Source of the DNA: Selaginella moellendorffii
Lineage: Eukaryota > Plantae > Lycopodiophyta
DNA: 64,000 nucleotides
Assembly (NCBI RefSeq): GCF_000143415.4
Contig: NW_003314294.1
Span: 873,453 to 937,452 of the forward strand
Direction: 5' to 3'
This document shows, in pieces, positions 33,964 through 46,657 of the stretch (the first letter of the stretch is position 1; each line of letters begins with the position of its first letter). Position numbers and translations under genes: made by a program. The notes beneath the pieces were generated by a model. That model made no database searches. It had not been told where the DNA came from and saw only the letters and a program-made list of their open reading frames with translations.

Positions 33964-36411
33964 ATGTTCGCCTCTAGCGACGCCGAGGCGCCCGGGTTTG
34001 GGCAGGATGCCGCCAACAGCGCCATTCCAGCTCCAGGCAAGCGCATTCGAAAGCCCGTGCAGCGCCGATCCGTGGATTACACCTCTACTGTCTTGCGCTA
34101 CCTCCAGGTAGATTTTTTTTTTTTTCCGCGTTCCTTTTCAGTGATTTCTCTGGTCGGGTATGGTGATAGGTACGAATGTGGCAGCAAAACTATGGGCAAA
34201 AGCCGGTGCTCCAGCCAACAACGTCGGCCGCGCTGGATGTAAGCTAGCGTGGTTTTTGAGAGGTTTTTCTAACAGGTGTTTCTACTTGCAGCTTCTTCCA
34301 ACGGGAGCTTATCTCGACAATCCGGCAACGAGTTTCAGCACAAAGTTCGTGCACTGCTCGACTAACAAAGTCCGCTGCTCGATCAACAGAGTTTTGGTAA
34401 CTTGCTTTGCTACTGTCAAGTGTTCTCGTCACTGATTTTTGTTTCTATCCCTCGTTTCAGTGGACTCCTACTGGACGTCGTCTCATAACGGGCTCCCAGA
34501 GTGGAGAGTTTACTCTCTGGAATGGGTTGTCGTTTAACTTCGAGATGATCTTACAGGTGTGTAGTGTTTTTTATTCATCTTCCATGCGTTTTTCTTGTGA
34601 AATCTCTCCCAGGCGCATGATAGTGCTGTAAGGTCGATGATCTGGAGCCACAATGAAAACTGGATGGTTACGGGCGATGACGGTGGCTGTATCAAGTATG
34701 TAGTATGTCCCTGTGTTGTGTTCTTCTCTTACATGCTACTTATGTAGATACTGGCAAACAAATATGAACAACGTAAAAGCGAACAAGACAGCTCACAGAG
34801 AACCGGTACGAGATTTAAGGTAAAAATTTCGAGTGGATTCACTTGGAGTTTTTCTTACACTATACTCTTTCTTGTTACTCCAAGTTTTTCAAGTACGGAT
34901 CTGAAGTTCTGCTCGTGTTCCGATGATACCACAGTCAAAATCTGGGATTTTGCCCGGTGTCAAGAAGAGCGTTCATTAACTGGTATGTCAATGCAATTTT
35001 TTTCTTATGTGTTTGGCTTTGTACAGGTCACGGCTGGGACGTGAAGAGTGTGGATTGGCATCCACAAAAGTCTCTCCTTGTTTCCGGTTTGCTTTTAAGT
35101 GCTTTTGAGAAAATATTGTGATATGTTCATTACAGGTGCGAAGGATAATCTTGTGAAATTGTGGGATGCCAGGACGGGCCGTGAACTTTGTACATTGTAA
35201 GCATTATCTTTTGTGAAATAGCTGTTGTTAGCTAACTTAAATCACAGGCATGGTCACAAAAATACAGTCCTTTGTACAAAATGGAATAACAATGGAAATT
35301 GGGTGTTAACTAGCTCAAGGGACCAAGTAATCAAGGTAAGTGTTTCAGCTTACGGCATAAAGTGAACCGAACGCCTGGTGTTTTCTTTCTCAGCTGTTTG
35401 ACATCCGAACCCTGAAAGATATCGAGACTTACCGTGGCCATAAGAAAGAAGTAGCATGTACGTTGCATTGGATGAGTTTAGAGTGCTCTTACGTTTTATT
35501 TTGGTGCAGCATTGGCATGGCATCCTTTCCACGAGGAACTCTTTGTGAGCGGAAGCCACGACGGCAGCATTATACACTGGCTTGTTGGGTAAGTTATGCA
35601 AAACTGGATACGTTCAATCTGACTTTGCATTTTTGTTTAGGCACGATCAACCTCAGGCAGAAGTCTCAAATGCTCACGACAACAACATTCTCGATCTGTC
35701 CTGGCATCCCATGGGCCACATACTTTGCAGGTGCTGTTTGGAACACACTTTTCTCTTGTTCTTAGCAGTGACTTTGTCGTCTGAGCAGCGGAGGCAGCGA
35801 CCACACCACGAAGTTCTGGTGTCGAAATCGTCCTGGTGATACCACTCGCGACAAGTACAACGCACCTCTCATGCAAGGTCAGCTGTCTTTTGCTTAAGAG
35901 TGGCACTTCTCACTTCCAGTGACTACAACAGGGGCCTCGAACGAGCAAATGGCACCGCTGGGACGAGGATCTGGATCAGTTCCAATGGAAGCCTCGAGCT
36001 TGGGGAGCTCATTCATGGGTGTTGGAGGTGCTGTTGACGAAGGCACCATCCCCGGCGTTGGCATGGCAATGCCGGTGGTCCAAGCTCCTGACAGTGCTGC
36101 TGCTCGGATACCTGGTATTCCTTCACGACCGCCGATGGCAATGCACCATCCATTCCCTCCTCAACTACAAATGCAGCCTCCTCAAGACATGTATGGTCAG
36201 TTTGCGCCGCCACCTCCGCCACCTCTTCCTGGAGCTGCTCCTGTTCCTCCTGGCATCCCGGGCATCCCACGGCCAAGCTTTCGTCATTTCCAGCAGCAAA
36301 TGATCCCAGGACTTCCTGGATTCCAGGTGAAAACAAGCTTGACTTCTCGTTTGTTTTCTGGTATTAATCGATCGGTGGAATGTGGTTTTGCAGCCGGGAG
36401 AGCCTAGCTAG
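33964..36411 (+). CDS. FY: FY / WDR33 / Pfs2 polyadenylation factor, multi-exon
   Basis: [93 protein letters not shown] and a Pro-rich tail with PPLP; stop TAG at 36409-36411. Confidence 0.96.
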
Positions 36412-37104
36412 AGCAAGCACGAAGACTGGACTAGAAGAAACCGAGTTTCACATCCTTTTTGACAAAATTACCATATGTAAACTTTTGGATTAAGTTCCTT
36501 GTTCCTGATTCACGTTAAACTGGCTGTATTAGTTGATGATACAAGCTTAGAAGTCAAATATGCGTGTTTCACACCTTTCGTCTGAATTAGATAAATTTTA
36601 TATTTCCAGAAACATCAATTTAAACCTGATTTTTTGAGATTGAAAAGGTAGTGTGAAACTATCCACTTGTTGCCATTGTTGAACTTAAACATAAACTTTT
36701 CTGAAAAGACCGCGGAAATGCTTCTACAATGGAAACATCCTCCTAAAAGAGGAAAGAAAATAACTTGGTTTTACATTAGGCTTGCTTGAATTAGAGCGGA
36801 ATCTCATATTAGATGCCAGTATATGCTAGAATATTCTAGCATCTACAATGAATATGCAAACCTAATTTTAGTTTGCCAACGGTTCTGTTAAACTGAGGCT
36901 CCGGGATATACTCCGCCGACGTGGCCATTCCCCATTGTTCCACACCTTTCCCTCCGCGGAGGTTATTGAATTTTCACCGGGGTTTTCAGGGTTTGTGGCT
37001 ATGGCGCTCCCAGATCCGGGCCGGCGGCTTGGCGCTTCGACTTCATGGTCGGATGACGAGGCAGTGTAGCTGATCGAGAGAATGTAGGCTAGGGATCGAG
37101 CAGG

Positions 37105-40100
37105 ATGGATGGGATTGAGTCTGTGTATGGGCGCGGCGCGCTCGGCAATCTCACAAATCGCAGCAGGCGTTCCAATGGAACAGCTGGGCCGAGCAGTCCA
37201 TTGTCTCTCTCCCTGGATCCCTTTGTGTGGGAGAGCGGGTATGAGAACCGTGGAGGCGGGGCATGGGTTTCGAGGAATACTCCTCCATTCGACGAGGATT
37301 GCGAGGGCGTGTATGAGATGAATGGGGCAAGTCCGGCGATTTCACCGCGGGGAGGAAGCCCGAATGGTGGTGTCAAGAACATAATGCTTCTAGCCAAGGA
37401 CAAGGAGGCTTTGCTGGAAGAAGCCATCAGGTTGAAGCGTGCTCTCCACGAGAAAAGGTTTTATCTCAGGCGAAACCGAGTTCATGCTACCACGATTCAG
37501 ATCGAAAACAGGTGTCTCGACTTTTGCTTTCCTCTTTGAGCTCAACAAAGAAATGCTTCGTTTCTAGTTTCACAGGAAGCTAGAGTTTGATATCAAGGAT
37601 ATGGAAGCGCAGGGGTCGCCTCTAGACAGCGCCAGATCTCCTCGCGGAAGTAGCATACGCACTAAGCTGAAAGGTTAGTGTTCTTCGTTTTTGCTTCTCG
37701 CTGTCTACTTATTCCTTGGAGCGTTGTTTTGCAGGTTTAAGGATCAGATACGAAGATATGCGAAGTGCTTGTGATGCTCAGCACGAAGAAGTAGCGGCAC
37801 TGCGCAGGGATGTACGCATTACCACCACCCAAGTAAGCAAACGTGTTGAGATCCATTTCTTCATGTTTGTCTTACTAGAGATTCTAGGCCCGTTGCTCTT
37901 GTTGTAGGAGATGGAAATGGAGAGAGATGCGTTGCTACATGAGATAACGAGAATGCAGAAGGACGTCAAGGGGCTGAAAGCAGTCCAGAATGCTCTCAAG
38001 TGCGAGCATCAGGAGCTGTGTCAGATCAAGCACAAAGCTGACGAGCTGGCAGTTCTTAACTTCGAGCTAGAAAATTGCATGGATGTAAGGATTACATTTC
38101 ACGATTGGTTTTGTGCCTCAGTATCTGCTTTGGCAGGGCGTGAACAAAGATCTCGAGAGAACAAACCAGGATGTGATCATTTTCCGGCAGAAAATGACCG
38201 AGTCGAGTATCGAGGCCAGAAAGAATGCAAAACAATTCAAGGAGCTGGAAGAACACACTGAAGCCTTGAAGAGGCTCCTTGCAGACGAAAGGTCCGAGCG
38301 ACGGGGTCTAGACAAGGAGCTCGCAGGCTTGGAGCTGCAGCTTAAGAAGGCTGAGAAGGAGCTTACTGCGAAGGGACTCAAGAAGCCGGCTTCTCCGAAG
38401 CCGAAGCCGAAGCCCAGAGAGAAAATCTGGGAAGTGACAAGCCCTGGGAAAGGAGGAACTTCTCCGCGTTCACCTAGGAAAGATCAAGACGGGAAGCTGG
38501 ATACTCCGAAATCAAAAGGTGGCAAGCCCGGTGGAAAAGGTGGTGATGCTGCCGCTGCCGCTGCTGCTGCTGCTAGTGCAGCGTCATTCAAGGCAAAGAA
38601 TACTTCTGCAAGGCTGTTTGGAGCTCTCTCTAAAACAGAACCAAGGCCGGGAGGTGCTGCGCTCGAGGACAGGGCCGGGGGAACGTTTAAGAAACAGGCA
38701 TCCAAAGCTTCTGGCACTGACTCGAGGCAAACTAGTCCGGAATCGTTCAGGAAAAAGACCTTCAAGGAAGGCACTGCTGCTTTTGAGTCGCAGGAGACAA
38801 TGCGTAAGAAGGCTGAAGCACTCCAACAAAAATCACTCAAGGAGGCTGAAGCACTCAAACAAAAATCACTCAAGGAGACTGAAGCACTCGAACAAAAATC
38901 ACTCAAGGAGCCTGAAGTACTCAAACAAAAATCGCTCAAGGCCGTTGCACTCTCCAAAGCTTCCGAGAGGCCTCAAAGTACTGACGCGCTCAAGAAAGAA
39001 GCTTCCAAGGCTGCGAGGCCAAAGGCTGCCGAACCCACGAGTAGATCCACCAGTCCGAGTGCTACGCCAGGAAAAGCCGAGAAAGCTTCTGCGGGGAAAT
39101 CCAAAGACAAGGCGGCTGACAAGAAGACGGAGCCGGGTCAAGGTGGCAAGCGCGGAGCAGGCTTGAAAGAGGAAACAAAAGGAACGAAAGACGAAGCAAA
39201 AGGAACGAAAGGAGATGTTTTGCAAGCGCAGAAGGAAAGACAGCGGCTGGAAACGGAGCTAGCTGCAAAGATGGAAAAACAGAAGCGGGAGATGGAGCTA
39301 GCGGCGAAGCAAAGAGAAATGGAGCTAGCTGCGAGGCTGGAGAAACAGCAAAAGGAAATGGAGCTCGCTGCAAAGCAACGGGAGATGGAGTTTCTGGCGA
39401 AGCAACGAGAGCTGGAAGCTGCTGCTGCTAAGCAGCGGGAAATGGAAGCTGTTGCCGCTGCTGCTGCTGCCAAGCAACGGGAAATGGAACTGGCCGCCGC
39501 TGCTAAGCAACGAGAGATGGCGGAGCTAGCTGCAGCAAAAGGATTGAAGCTCAAAGCCGAGTCCAGGGACGAGGCATGCCAGACCTCCGAGACAGCGGAC
39601 TCTTACGACGAGTTGATGCGAAAGATGCGTAAGCTGGAGGACGAGCTAGCCTCGCACAGGTCACGGGAAAGCTCTCCAGGGCCGTCTTCTACTCCGCCAC
39701 CTTCGAGGGCATTCACGAAGAAACTCACCATCAAAGTCGATGACAAGCAGATGGATCGAAAGCTGACGAAGAAGGCGACGGTGAAGAAGCCGGATGTCGC
39801 TCCCGCCACTCCGGGTACTCCCAGGAAGAGCAAAGTGGCGTCGACTCCGGCAACTCCGAAAGAGCCAGAGCGAAAGCCCGAGCCGCCAAAGCCAGAGCCA
39901 AAGAAGCCGGAGCCAGTGCCAATAACAGTGCCAGTTCCAGAGCCAGAACCCGTCCGCAAGTATCCAGCGAGACAAATTCGTCGGCAAATCCTCATGGCGG
40001 ATCAAGACTTCGCCGAGGACACGAAGCAGATAACCGGCCCAGCGGATGCACCCAGGCCCAGGAGCGTCATGTTTGAGAGCTCGAGCTTCAACGTCTTGCT

Positions 40101-40152
40101 GGCGGAGCCCAGCACGGATCCTCTGATTGAAACGCAGGCACCGAACGAGTAG
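37105..40152 (+). CDS. IQCE-like coiled-coil protein with long Lys/Ala/Pro-rich repetitive C-terminus
   Basis: Approximate exons 37105-37511, 37576-37672, 37735-37832, 37908-38084 and 38138-40152. KEALLEEAIRLKRALH and LRRDVRITTTQEMEMERDALLHEITRMQ resemble the IQCE N-terminal coiled coil (from recall). Internal repeats EALxQKSLKE x4 and KQREMELAA. Confidence 0.65.
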
Positions 40153-40242
40153 AAACAAGAACCATCTACGTTCTTATATCGTCCTGGGAAGAAAAACTTG
40201 GGACAACGATCGAGCTAAAGGTGTCAGCTACCAACGAAGTTG

Positions 40243-41579
40243 TCATACTGTTCTAGCAGACCTCGGGCTGTTTGGTTTGGAACCGGCGAGTTTATCCGGA
40301 CTTGGAGTTGCGGGGTACAAGCTGAGGCCTCTGGCGTTGAGCTTCTCCTCGACTGTGACAAGCTCCGCTTCCAGGCAAACGCGCTTCTCCTCCAGGCTTT
40401 TCTTTTCCAGCTTTTCTTTCTCCAGGCAATCCTTGGCCAGCGCGATCTGGTCCTCCAAATCCTTGTATCTCTTCGAGCTTCTCTTGGCGAGAAGGCTCGA
40501 CTCTGTTAGCTTTTGTCTGTGAGCTACAATCTCGCGATTTGCCTTGTCCAAGGCTTTAAGAACAACCTGTGAAAGAAGATCTTAGGATTTTTGTTTTCTA
40601 GATCGTGAGCTTACCTCCATGCAGTTTTCTAGATGATAATTCAAGACTTCCATGTCGCCCGCTTTGTCCCTCATGCAGCACAGATCTTTGTTCTCGCAAC
40701 AAAGCTGGCTGTGCACCAGCTTTAGCTTTTTCACATCCTTTTGGAGTTTCGCGATCTCCTCTACAAACACATCTTTTTCCATCTCTATTTCCTGTCCTCG
40801 ACAAATTCACTTGTGCGTGTCAGCAAAAACCTTCACCTCTTACAAAAGCTTACTCTTTGGTGTGATATCCTTACGTCCCTTCTCAAGAGCGTGATCTCTT
40901 CGTGCTGGCTATCACAAATATTTTGCAGCTCCTCGAACTGTGACTTCATTCCTGGGAGGAAAAAAAATCCTCACATATAAGCCCAGAAACTAAAGCAAAG
41001 AACGAAACAATCGAACCGTGCCTTGGAGCTTAAGCCTCACTCGAGACGATCCACTCGACTTTGTGCCCATGTTTCCTTGCATCTCCATGTCCTTGATATC
41101 GTTCTCGAGCTTCCTGCAGTTCTTTTTTGTGTTCCAAGTCAAGATCAACCAGCCCAATAGAGATGAGAAAGAGGAAAAATGGAAGAAAGAAAACAAAGAG
41201 CTCACTTGTTCTCGATTTGGACGGCAGAAGCGTGAACTTTGTCCCGCTTCAAATAGAAAGCCTGATCGATGAGCATTCTCTTCAACTGGATGATCTCCTC
41301 GAGCAGCGATTCCTTGTCCCTGCTTGCGAACAGCAAATTCTGGAAGGAAGCGGGGCTCTGGCCCCTGGATTTCGATCCAATCAGCCCCTCAGTGATCTCT
41401 ACAACCCCGTTCTCGTTGCAACCCGGTAGAGGCGGCGGCGTGGGAGGAATCCAAGTGCCTCCACCCAGTTCTGGATTTGGCGGATCCCACACGAATGGAT
41501 CCAGACCGTGAGACAGCGGCGTATCCTTTCGCGTCGGCCGCTTGCTAGGGATGGGCCGAGGAGCATAGGCGCTCTCCAT
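40243..41579 (-). CDS. Short paralog of the IQCE-like gene
   Basis: LDPFVWD..GGGTWI..TPP, DKESLLEEIIQLKR, KLENDIKDMEMQG, EIEMEKDVFVEEIAKLQKDVKKLK and LNYHLENCME are colinear with the 37105 gene, with introns at matching positions. Confidence 0.8.
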
Positions 41580-41914
41580 TCTCTGCTCCAAATCTTTCTT
41601 CTCCCTTTTAGTATTTCTAGCTGGAATTTCTACCTACAATCGCATGGCGCCTAAGGTACAGCAAGATTCCTTGTTGCCTGCGCTACCGCCTCTCGCTGAC
41701 GCTCAAGAGCAAAGCCGCTTACCACGCTCGCCGGATAAACCCTAACACCGATAACGTCCATGGGATTCCAATGGCAAAACGCTTGTGCGCCGTCGATCTA
41801 GCGAGCATATACCACTTCTTTAAACGACGGCCGTTGGAAAGAGCGGTAAAATTCGTTGCGCTTGATTTGGATTTGATCCCGCAACGTCTGGAGTTAGGGT
41901 TTAGGGCACCAGCT

Positions 41915-43778
41915 ATGGGAGTTCCTAGAAGCGATGGCGATGGCGCCCGGACTCTCCAGCTCCTCCGGGCGCGAATGGGCGGCCAGGTTTGCGAAATTCA
42001 CTCGTGCTGGATGAGCGATGAGTATTTTGTTTTGTAGAGCGTCGATGCAAAGGAAGTTGGATTTGTGTGTAATGCGGATGTAAGCTACAGCGAGGAGGAA
42101 CAGCCTCAAGTGAGCGCTTACTCTTTTTTTTTTTCTTGTGATTAAGTCACAAGAAAGTCACAAGATTTCTTACAGTCTCGTGAATTGTTTTCTTCTCTCG
42201 GCAGGCTCTCGAGTGGCTAGCTTTTGCAGAGAAGTTCGTTTTGGAGAATGCGTCAGCTGACACGAATCTCAAGCTTCTCAACACATTCCTACAATCAAAA
42301 TCGGTGTTTGTAGGGAATGGAACCCGGATCACTCTGGCGGATCTCGGCATGTTTGTGGCAATTCGCGAGAAAGTGGTGAGTTCTTCGACTTTGGTTTTAT
42401 CGGCTTGTTTTTGTAACACCTCGATAGGCCGCTATTCCAGTAGAGGACCAGGAGAATTTGCCAAACTTGTTTCGATGGTTCGACTACGTTCAGGTATGTT
42501 TAGTCTGTATGTTTGTCGAAGATCTTTTTCGCTGTTTCTACTTAGAACAAGGAAGATGTGCGTCAAGTCTACGCGCAAATCTACATTAAGAAGCCATATT
42601 TCTCTCCACCGGTATTTTGCGCTTTGTGCATTTGTGGCAGTCTAATCTACTGTATTTCTTGTAGAACTTTAGTGATCAGGATTCTAGTAAGTCATCCAAA
42701 CCAAATGTCGACGGAAAGAGCATGGCGGAAACGGTAAGCAAGTGGCATTACTTTCTTATACTTAGATGTGACTATTATTGAAATTTCAAGAAGGATTCTC
42801 CTCAGCCTTTGCCTTCGCCTGCGCCGCCTCTACCTGCGCCAACGCCAGCAGTAAGCTACTGCCTACGCATCTTTTATTTATTTTTCTGTCCTTTACTCAC
42901 TATTTGTATTTGCAGGCGGACAACAGTGTATCTACTGTGAGCTCTGTCAGCAAAAGCAAACCAGCGAAAGAAACGAAAGAGAAGCCTCCCGCACAAAAGA
43001 AAGAAGTCGACTGCGATGTCAGCGTGCTCGATATATGCGTCGGACAAATCAAGAAAGTGTGGAAGCATCCATCAGCTGATACGTAAGTGTGAGGCTTTGG
43101 GATGATTTGATCTAATGCTTTTTGATTTTCCAGTCTCTATGTGGAGGAAATTGACGTTGGAGAAGCACAACCGAGACAAATTGTCAGTGGTCTGGTCAAA
43201 TACGTGCCTGAAAGTGAGATGCTGGTAAAAGATTGCGGCTAAAGCAAACACCAACGTTGCTGACATATTGATTCTTCAGAATAGAAGGGTGCTCGTCCTT
43301 CTAAACGTTAAAGCCGGGAAAGTTCGGGACGTTCTCTCGTCTGGCTTGGTAAGTTGTTGTTTTCTACGATCCAACAACAAACTAATGGACTTACAGGTTC
43401 TTTGTGCGTCAAATGGAGACCACAGCCAATGTGAACCTGTGTCTCCTCCGGACGGCGTTCCTGTAGGTGAAAGAGTGAAATTCGCTGGGTAAGGAAATCA
43501 TCGCACTCCCATCAATGCTTTGACGCTAACTGATCTTCCCTGTAGGCACGATGGGAAAGCAGAGGAAGTGTTGAATCCCAAGAAGAAACAGTGGGACAAG
43601 ATTGCTCCTGTAAGTTGATGAAAGACTTTCCATGTTTTGTTCACTCGAACGATGTAAACCGTGTGACTTGCAGGAACTTCGCACTGACGAGCAGGGCATT
43701 GCAAATTACCAAGGTGTTCCCTTCCAAACCTCTAAAGGACCATGCAAATCAGCAATCGTCAATGGATCAATCAAATGA
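41915..43778 (+). CDS. Arc1p/AIMP1-like protein: GST-like N-terminus + tRNA-binding OB-fold (EMAP II-type), multi-exon
   Basis: [87 protein letters not shown]; stop TGA at 43776-43778. Start chosen as the ATG that splices in frame. Confidence 0.88.
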
Positions 43779-43861
43779 GAACCAAAGGTGATCCATATTT
43801 CGTGAGGAAAAAATATTCTATATACTTTATAATGGATCAAACTCTTCAACTATAGATTGGT

Positions 43862-46399
43862 TTATCTGGGACCAGACGGCTGGTGTGCTACCATGGCCAC
43901 ACTGACGCTACCGCCAAGATGGTTAGTCGAAGAGAACCGAAGAACTCCCGCAGAACTCAACGCAAACCGGAAGAAGAGAGGCGGCTCCAAAATCTCCTTT
44001 CGACCTTCGAGCATCTGGACGACTGTATCCATCGGGGGTCTTTGGCTGGGATTATCCTGGATGCACCACAGAGCTACCTGGAGCATACTTTTCACCTCGT
44101 CCTCGTCCACACTATCTCGGATCCTTGTATCCACGACTTTGAGAAACTCTCTCTTGGAGACTCGAGCTACGACCCAGGCCGGGAAGTACCACCACAAAGC
44201 TTGTTCCTCCTCGTCCATTGGAGCTTCACGACAGTCTTCTCCACCATGGCCGCCAAGCTTGGACAAGTTCCTTCGTCCACCTATGAGCTCCAGCAGCACC
44301 ATACCATAGCTGTAGACGTCGCATTTCTTCGTGGCTACCGAATGTAAGAGCCACTCCGGGGCGAGATATCCTGGAGTACCTCGAACATCAGTCACGGTCT
44401 GGCTTACATCCCGAGTCTTGAGCAGCTTCGCCATGCCGAAATCGGAGAGCTTGGGACGAAACTTATCGTCTAGAAGGACGTTCTCGGGCTTGATGTCGAG
44501 ATGGATAATCAGCTGCCGCGATTCCTCGTGCAAGTAAGCCAGGCCTTGAGCTACTCCCAAGGCAATATCGCGGCGGCTCTGCCAGTCCAAGCATCGATCT
44601 TCGAACAGCCACTTATCCAAGGATCCATTCACCACGTACTCGTAGACGAGCATGAGCTGGTTCTTCTCGGAGCAAAAGCCATAGAGCTGGACAACGTTGT
44701 GGTGGCTTATCCGTCCCAGCGAGGCCATCTCCGCCAGAAATCCCCTGTCACTCTGGTTCCGGTTCTCCAGGCGCTTGACCGCCACCTTTCTCCCGTCCGC
44801 CAGAGTCCCTTCATAGACGGTTCCAAAGCCGCCTTTACCAAGGCTCGAAGCGAAGTTCCCAGTCGCCACCTCCAGCTCCTTGTATGTATACTTCTGAGCC
44901 GAGCCTTGCAGTGCCAGAGCCAAAGCACGCTCAACTTTGTCAAGCCTGTGCTTCCAGATCATCAGCACGACCAAGCCGAGAGCTGATAGCAGGACCACGC
45001 TCGCAGCAATGCTGACTCCAAGCAAAACGGTGCGATCCTTGGGCTTCTTCCGCACGAAAAGCTCTGCGTTTTGCAGCTTGAGGAAGCCATCGAAGTTGGG
45101 ATCCCTGGTGAGGCCTCCATACATCCGGTCGACGAAGAAACAGGTGCTCGACCGCTTGTTGAAGAAGAGTGCGCTGCAGGAGCAATTCGCTAGGCACAAG
45201 CTCCAGCACTCGCTCAAAGTGGAAACTCTGTCGGCCTTGGTGTAATTGTTGGAGAAGTAGCCTGCTCCACTCACGTTGAGAAAGTGGTGGTTCTCGGCCT
45301 CGACTTCGTGGTTGCAAACGAGAGGTATGCTGCTCGGACTTGGGCAAGTTTGCTCCTGATGGCCACTCTGGTCTTGGACTATACAGCTGCACTGAGCGTT
45401 CCCAGAGCAAACGCTGTTCGATTCGCATGCCATCGGGAGGCAACCTCCAAGTCTGTTCCTCATGAACGGCGGACCCTGTTCCCACGAAGCTCGTCCGGAG
45501 TTGTAGGTGTAAGGAACCAGCTTCCCATCGTTTTCGAGTTTGAGATACTGCCAGTCATCGCTGCTGTTCCCGAGTACTGCTGTGAGAGGAGCGCTGCAGA
45601 GCTGGGAAGGGTTGCTCGTCGATGGCTGGTACGATAGTCTCAGCTGGCCAGCGGAATACTCGAGCTCTGTGTGATAAGTCGGGCATGGTGCGTTGATGGA
45701 AGTCTCGTCCGCTGGCAAGTTTCCATTGTATAAGTTCCAAACCAAGTAAGGCTGTCTTGTGTCCCGGCTGAGAAAAAAGATGAGGCCGCTCGGCTCAACT
45801 TCCATCTTGATGTTCCCGCTAGCAAGACTTGATGAATTGGCGCTGCTGATAAGTCTCTGCTTAGTGACCATGACTTGTCCTTCTAAAAGGATATCTGTAG
45901 GATTGTCGAAGCTCTGCCAGGAGATCCCACCCGTGGAGTTGTAGAGGACAAAGTTCCCAGTGTCTCGAAGCTCCATCTCAGAAACTCCACCAGGAGAACT
46001 CCATACAACCTTCCCATCCCAATCGGCAACTTCCAGAGCTCCCTGATCGGTCACACGAACGGTAGCATTTTCTGTCACAGGATTGTCCCGGTTTGCAGCC
46101 CAGACGCAGACGCCAGAGTTCGTGTTGTTGCTGGAGCCAAGAACCAAAGCAAAGTAGAACTCGGCCGAGTTGTGGAATCGAAAGAAAGCCAAGCCAAATC
46201 TTCCGCTCTGGCTCAGGAGGGGACTGTCACCTGCTTGGAGCAGCCGATAACTGGCATTGGACTGTGATCCTTGCAGTTCCAGAAGCTGATTGTTGTTCGT
46301 TACTTCCCAGCCGTGTGATAGACTGTAGTTCCTGCCGTGCACACGAAAGAGAATTGTCATCAGCTGAAAGAAAGCGACCAAAAAAATCTTCATAGCCAT
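43862..46399 (-). CDS. G-type lectin S-domain receptor-like Ser/Thr kinase (SD-2 type), intronless
   Basis: Signal peptide; B-lectin (VWAANRDNPV, LRDTGNFVLY, WQSFDNPTD); PAN (CLANCSC); transmembrane helix; kinase (GKGGFGTVY, HLDIKPENVLL, DFG, GTPGYLAPEW). Confidence 0.96.
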   Translation of the reverse strand: MAMKIFLVAFFQLMTILFRVHGRNYSLSHGWEVTNNNQLLELQGSQSNASYRLLQAGDSPLLSQSGRFGLAFFRFHNSAEFYFALVLGSSNNTNSGVCVWAANRDNPVTENATVRVTDQGALEVADWDGKVVWSSPGGVSEMELRDTGNFVLYNSTGGISWQSFDNPTDILLEGQVMVTKQRLISSANSSSLASGNIKMEVEPSGLIFFLSRDTRQPYLVWNLYNGNLPADETSINAPCPTYHTELEYSAGQLRLSYQPSTSNPSQLCSAPLTAVLGNSSDDWQYLKLENDGKLVPYTYNSGRASWEQGPPFMRNRLGGCLPMACESNSVCSGNAQCSCIVQDQSGHQEQTCPSPSSIPLVCNHEVEAENHHFLNVSGAGYFSNNYTKADRVSTLSECWSLCLANCSCSALFFNKRSSTCFFVDRMYGGLTRDPNFDGFLKLQNAELFVRKKPKDRTVLLGVSIAASVVLLSALGLVVLMIWKHRLDKVERALALALQGSAQKYTYKELEVATGNFASSLGKGGFGTVYEGTLADGRKVAVKRLENRNQSDRGFLAEMASLGRISHHNVVQLYGFCSEKNQLMLVYEYVVNGSLDKWLFEDRCLDWQSRRDIALGVAQGLAYLHEESRQLIIHLDIKPENVLLDDKFRPKLSDFGMAKLLKTRDVSQTVTDVRGTPGYLAPEWLLHSVATKKCDVYSYGMVLLELIGGRRNLSKLGGHGGEDCREAPMDEEEQALWWYFPAWVVARVSKREFLKVVDTRIRDSVDEDEVKSMLQVALWCIQDNPSQRPPMDTVVQMLEGRKEILEPPLFFRFALSSAGVLRFSSTNHLGGSVSVAMVAHQPSGPR

Positions 46400-46657
46400 G
46401 AACCATGAAGCAGAATGCGCTAGCTATCTTTGTATCTATAGAACGGGAGCGGTCCATTCACTTGACTCATTCATATTCATACTTCTTCCACTTATTCCAG
46501 TCTCGAGTACCAACTGTTACCAAAAGTTCGATTAGTCTTTGCTTGAACAGAAGTCTAGTCTCCATGGCTGCAGTCTAGTCTTCAAGACTTTTCCAAGTCT
46601 TGAAAGTAAGGACTTACCTCTCGTATAAGCAGGTGTTCTCAATGCAGAACGGCAGCA

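Noticed and set aside
41771-41914. Upstream ATG extension of the tRNA-binding gene
   Set aside because: It spans promoter-like telo-box sequence (TTAGGGTTTAGGG), so 41915 is preferred. The ATG at 41934 splices into a stop.
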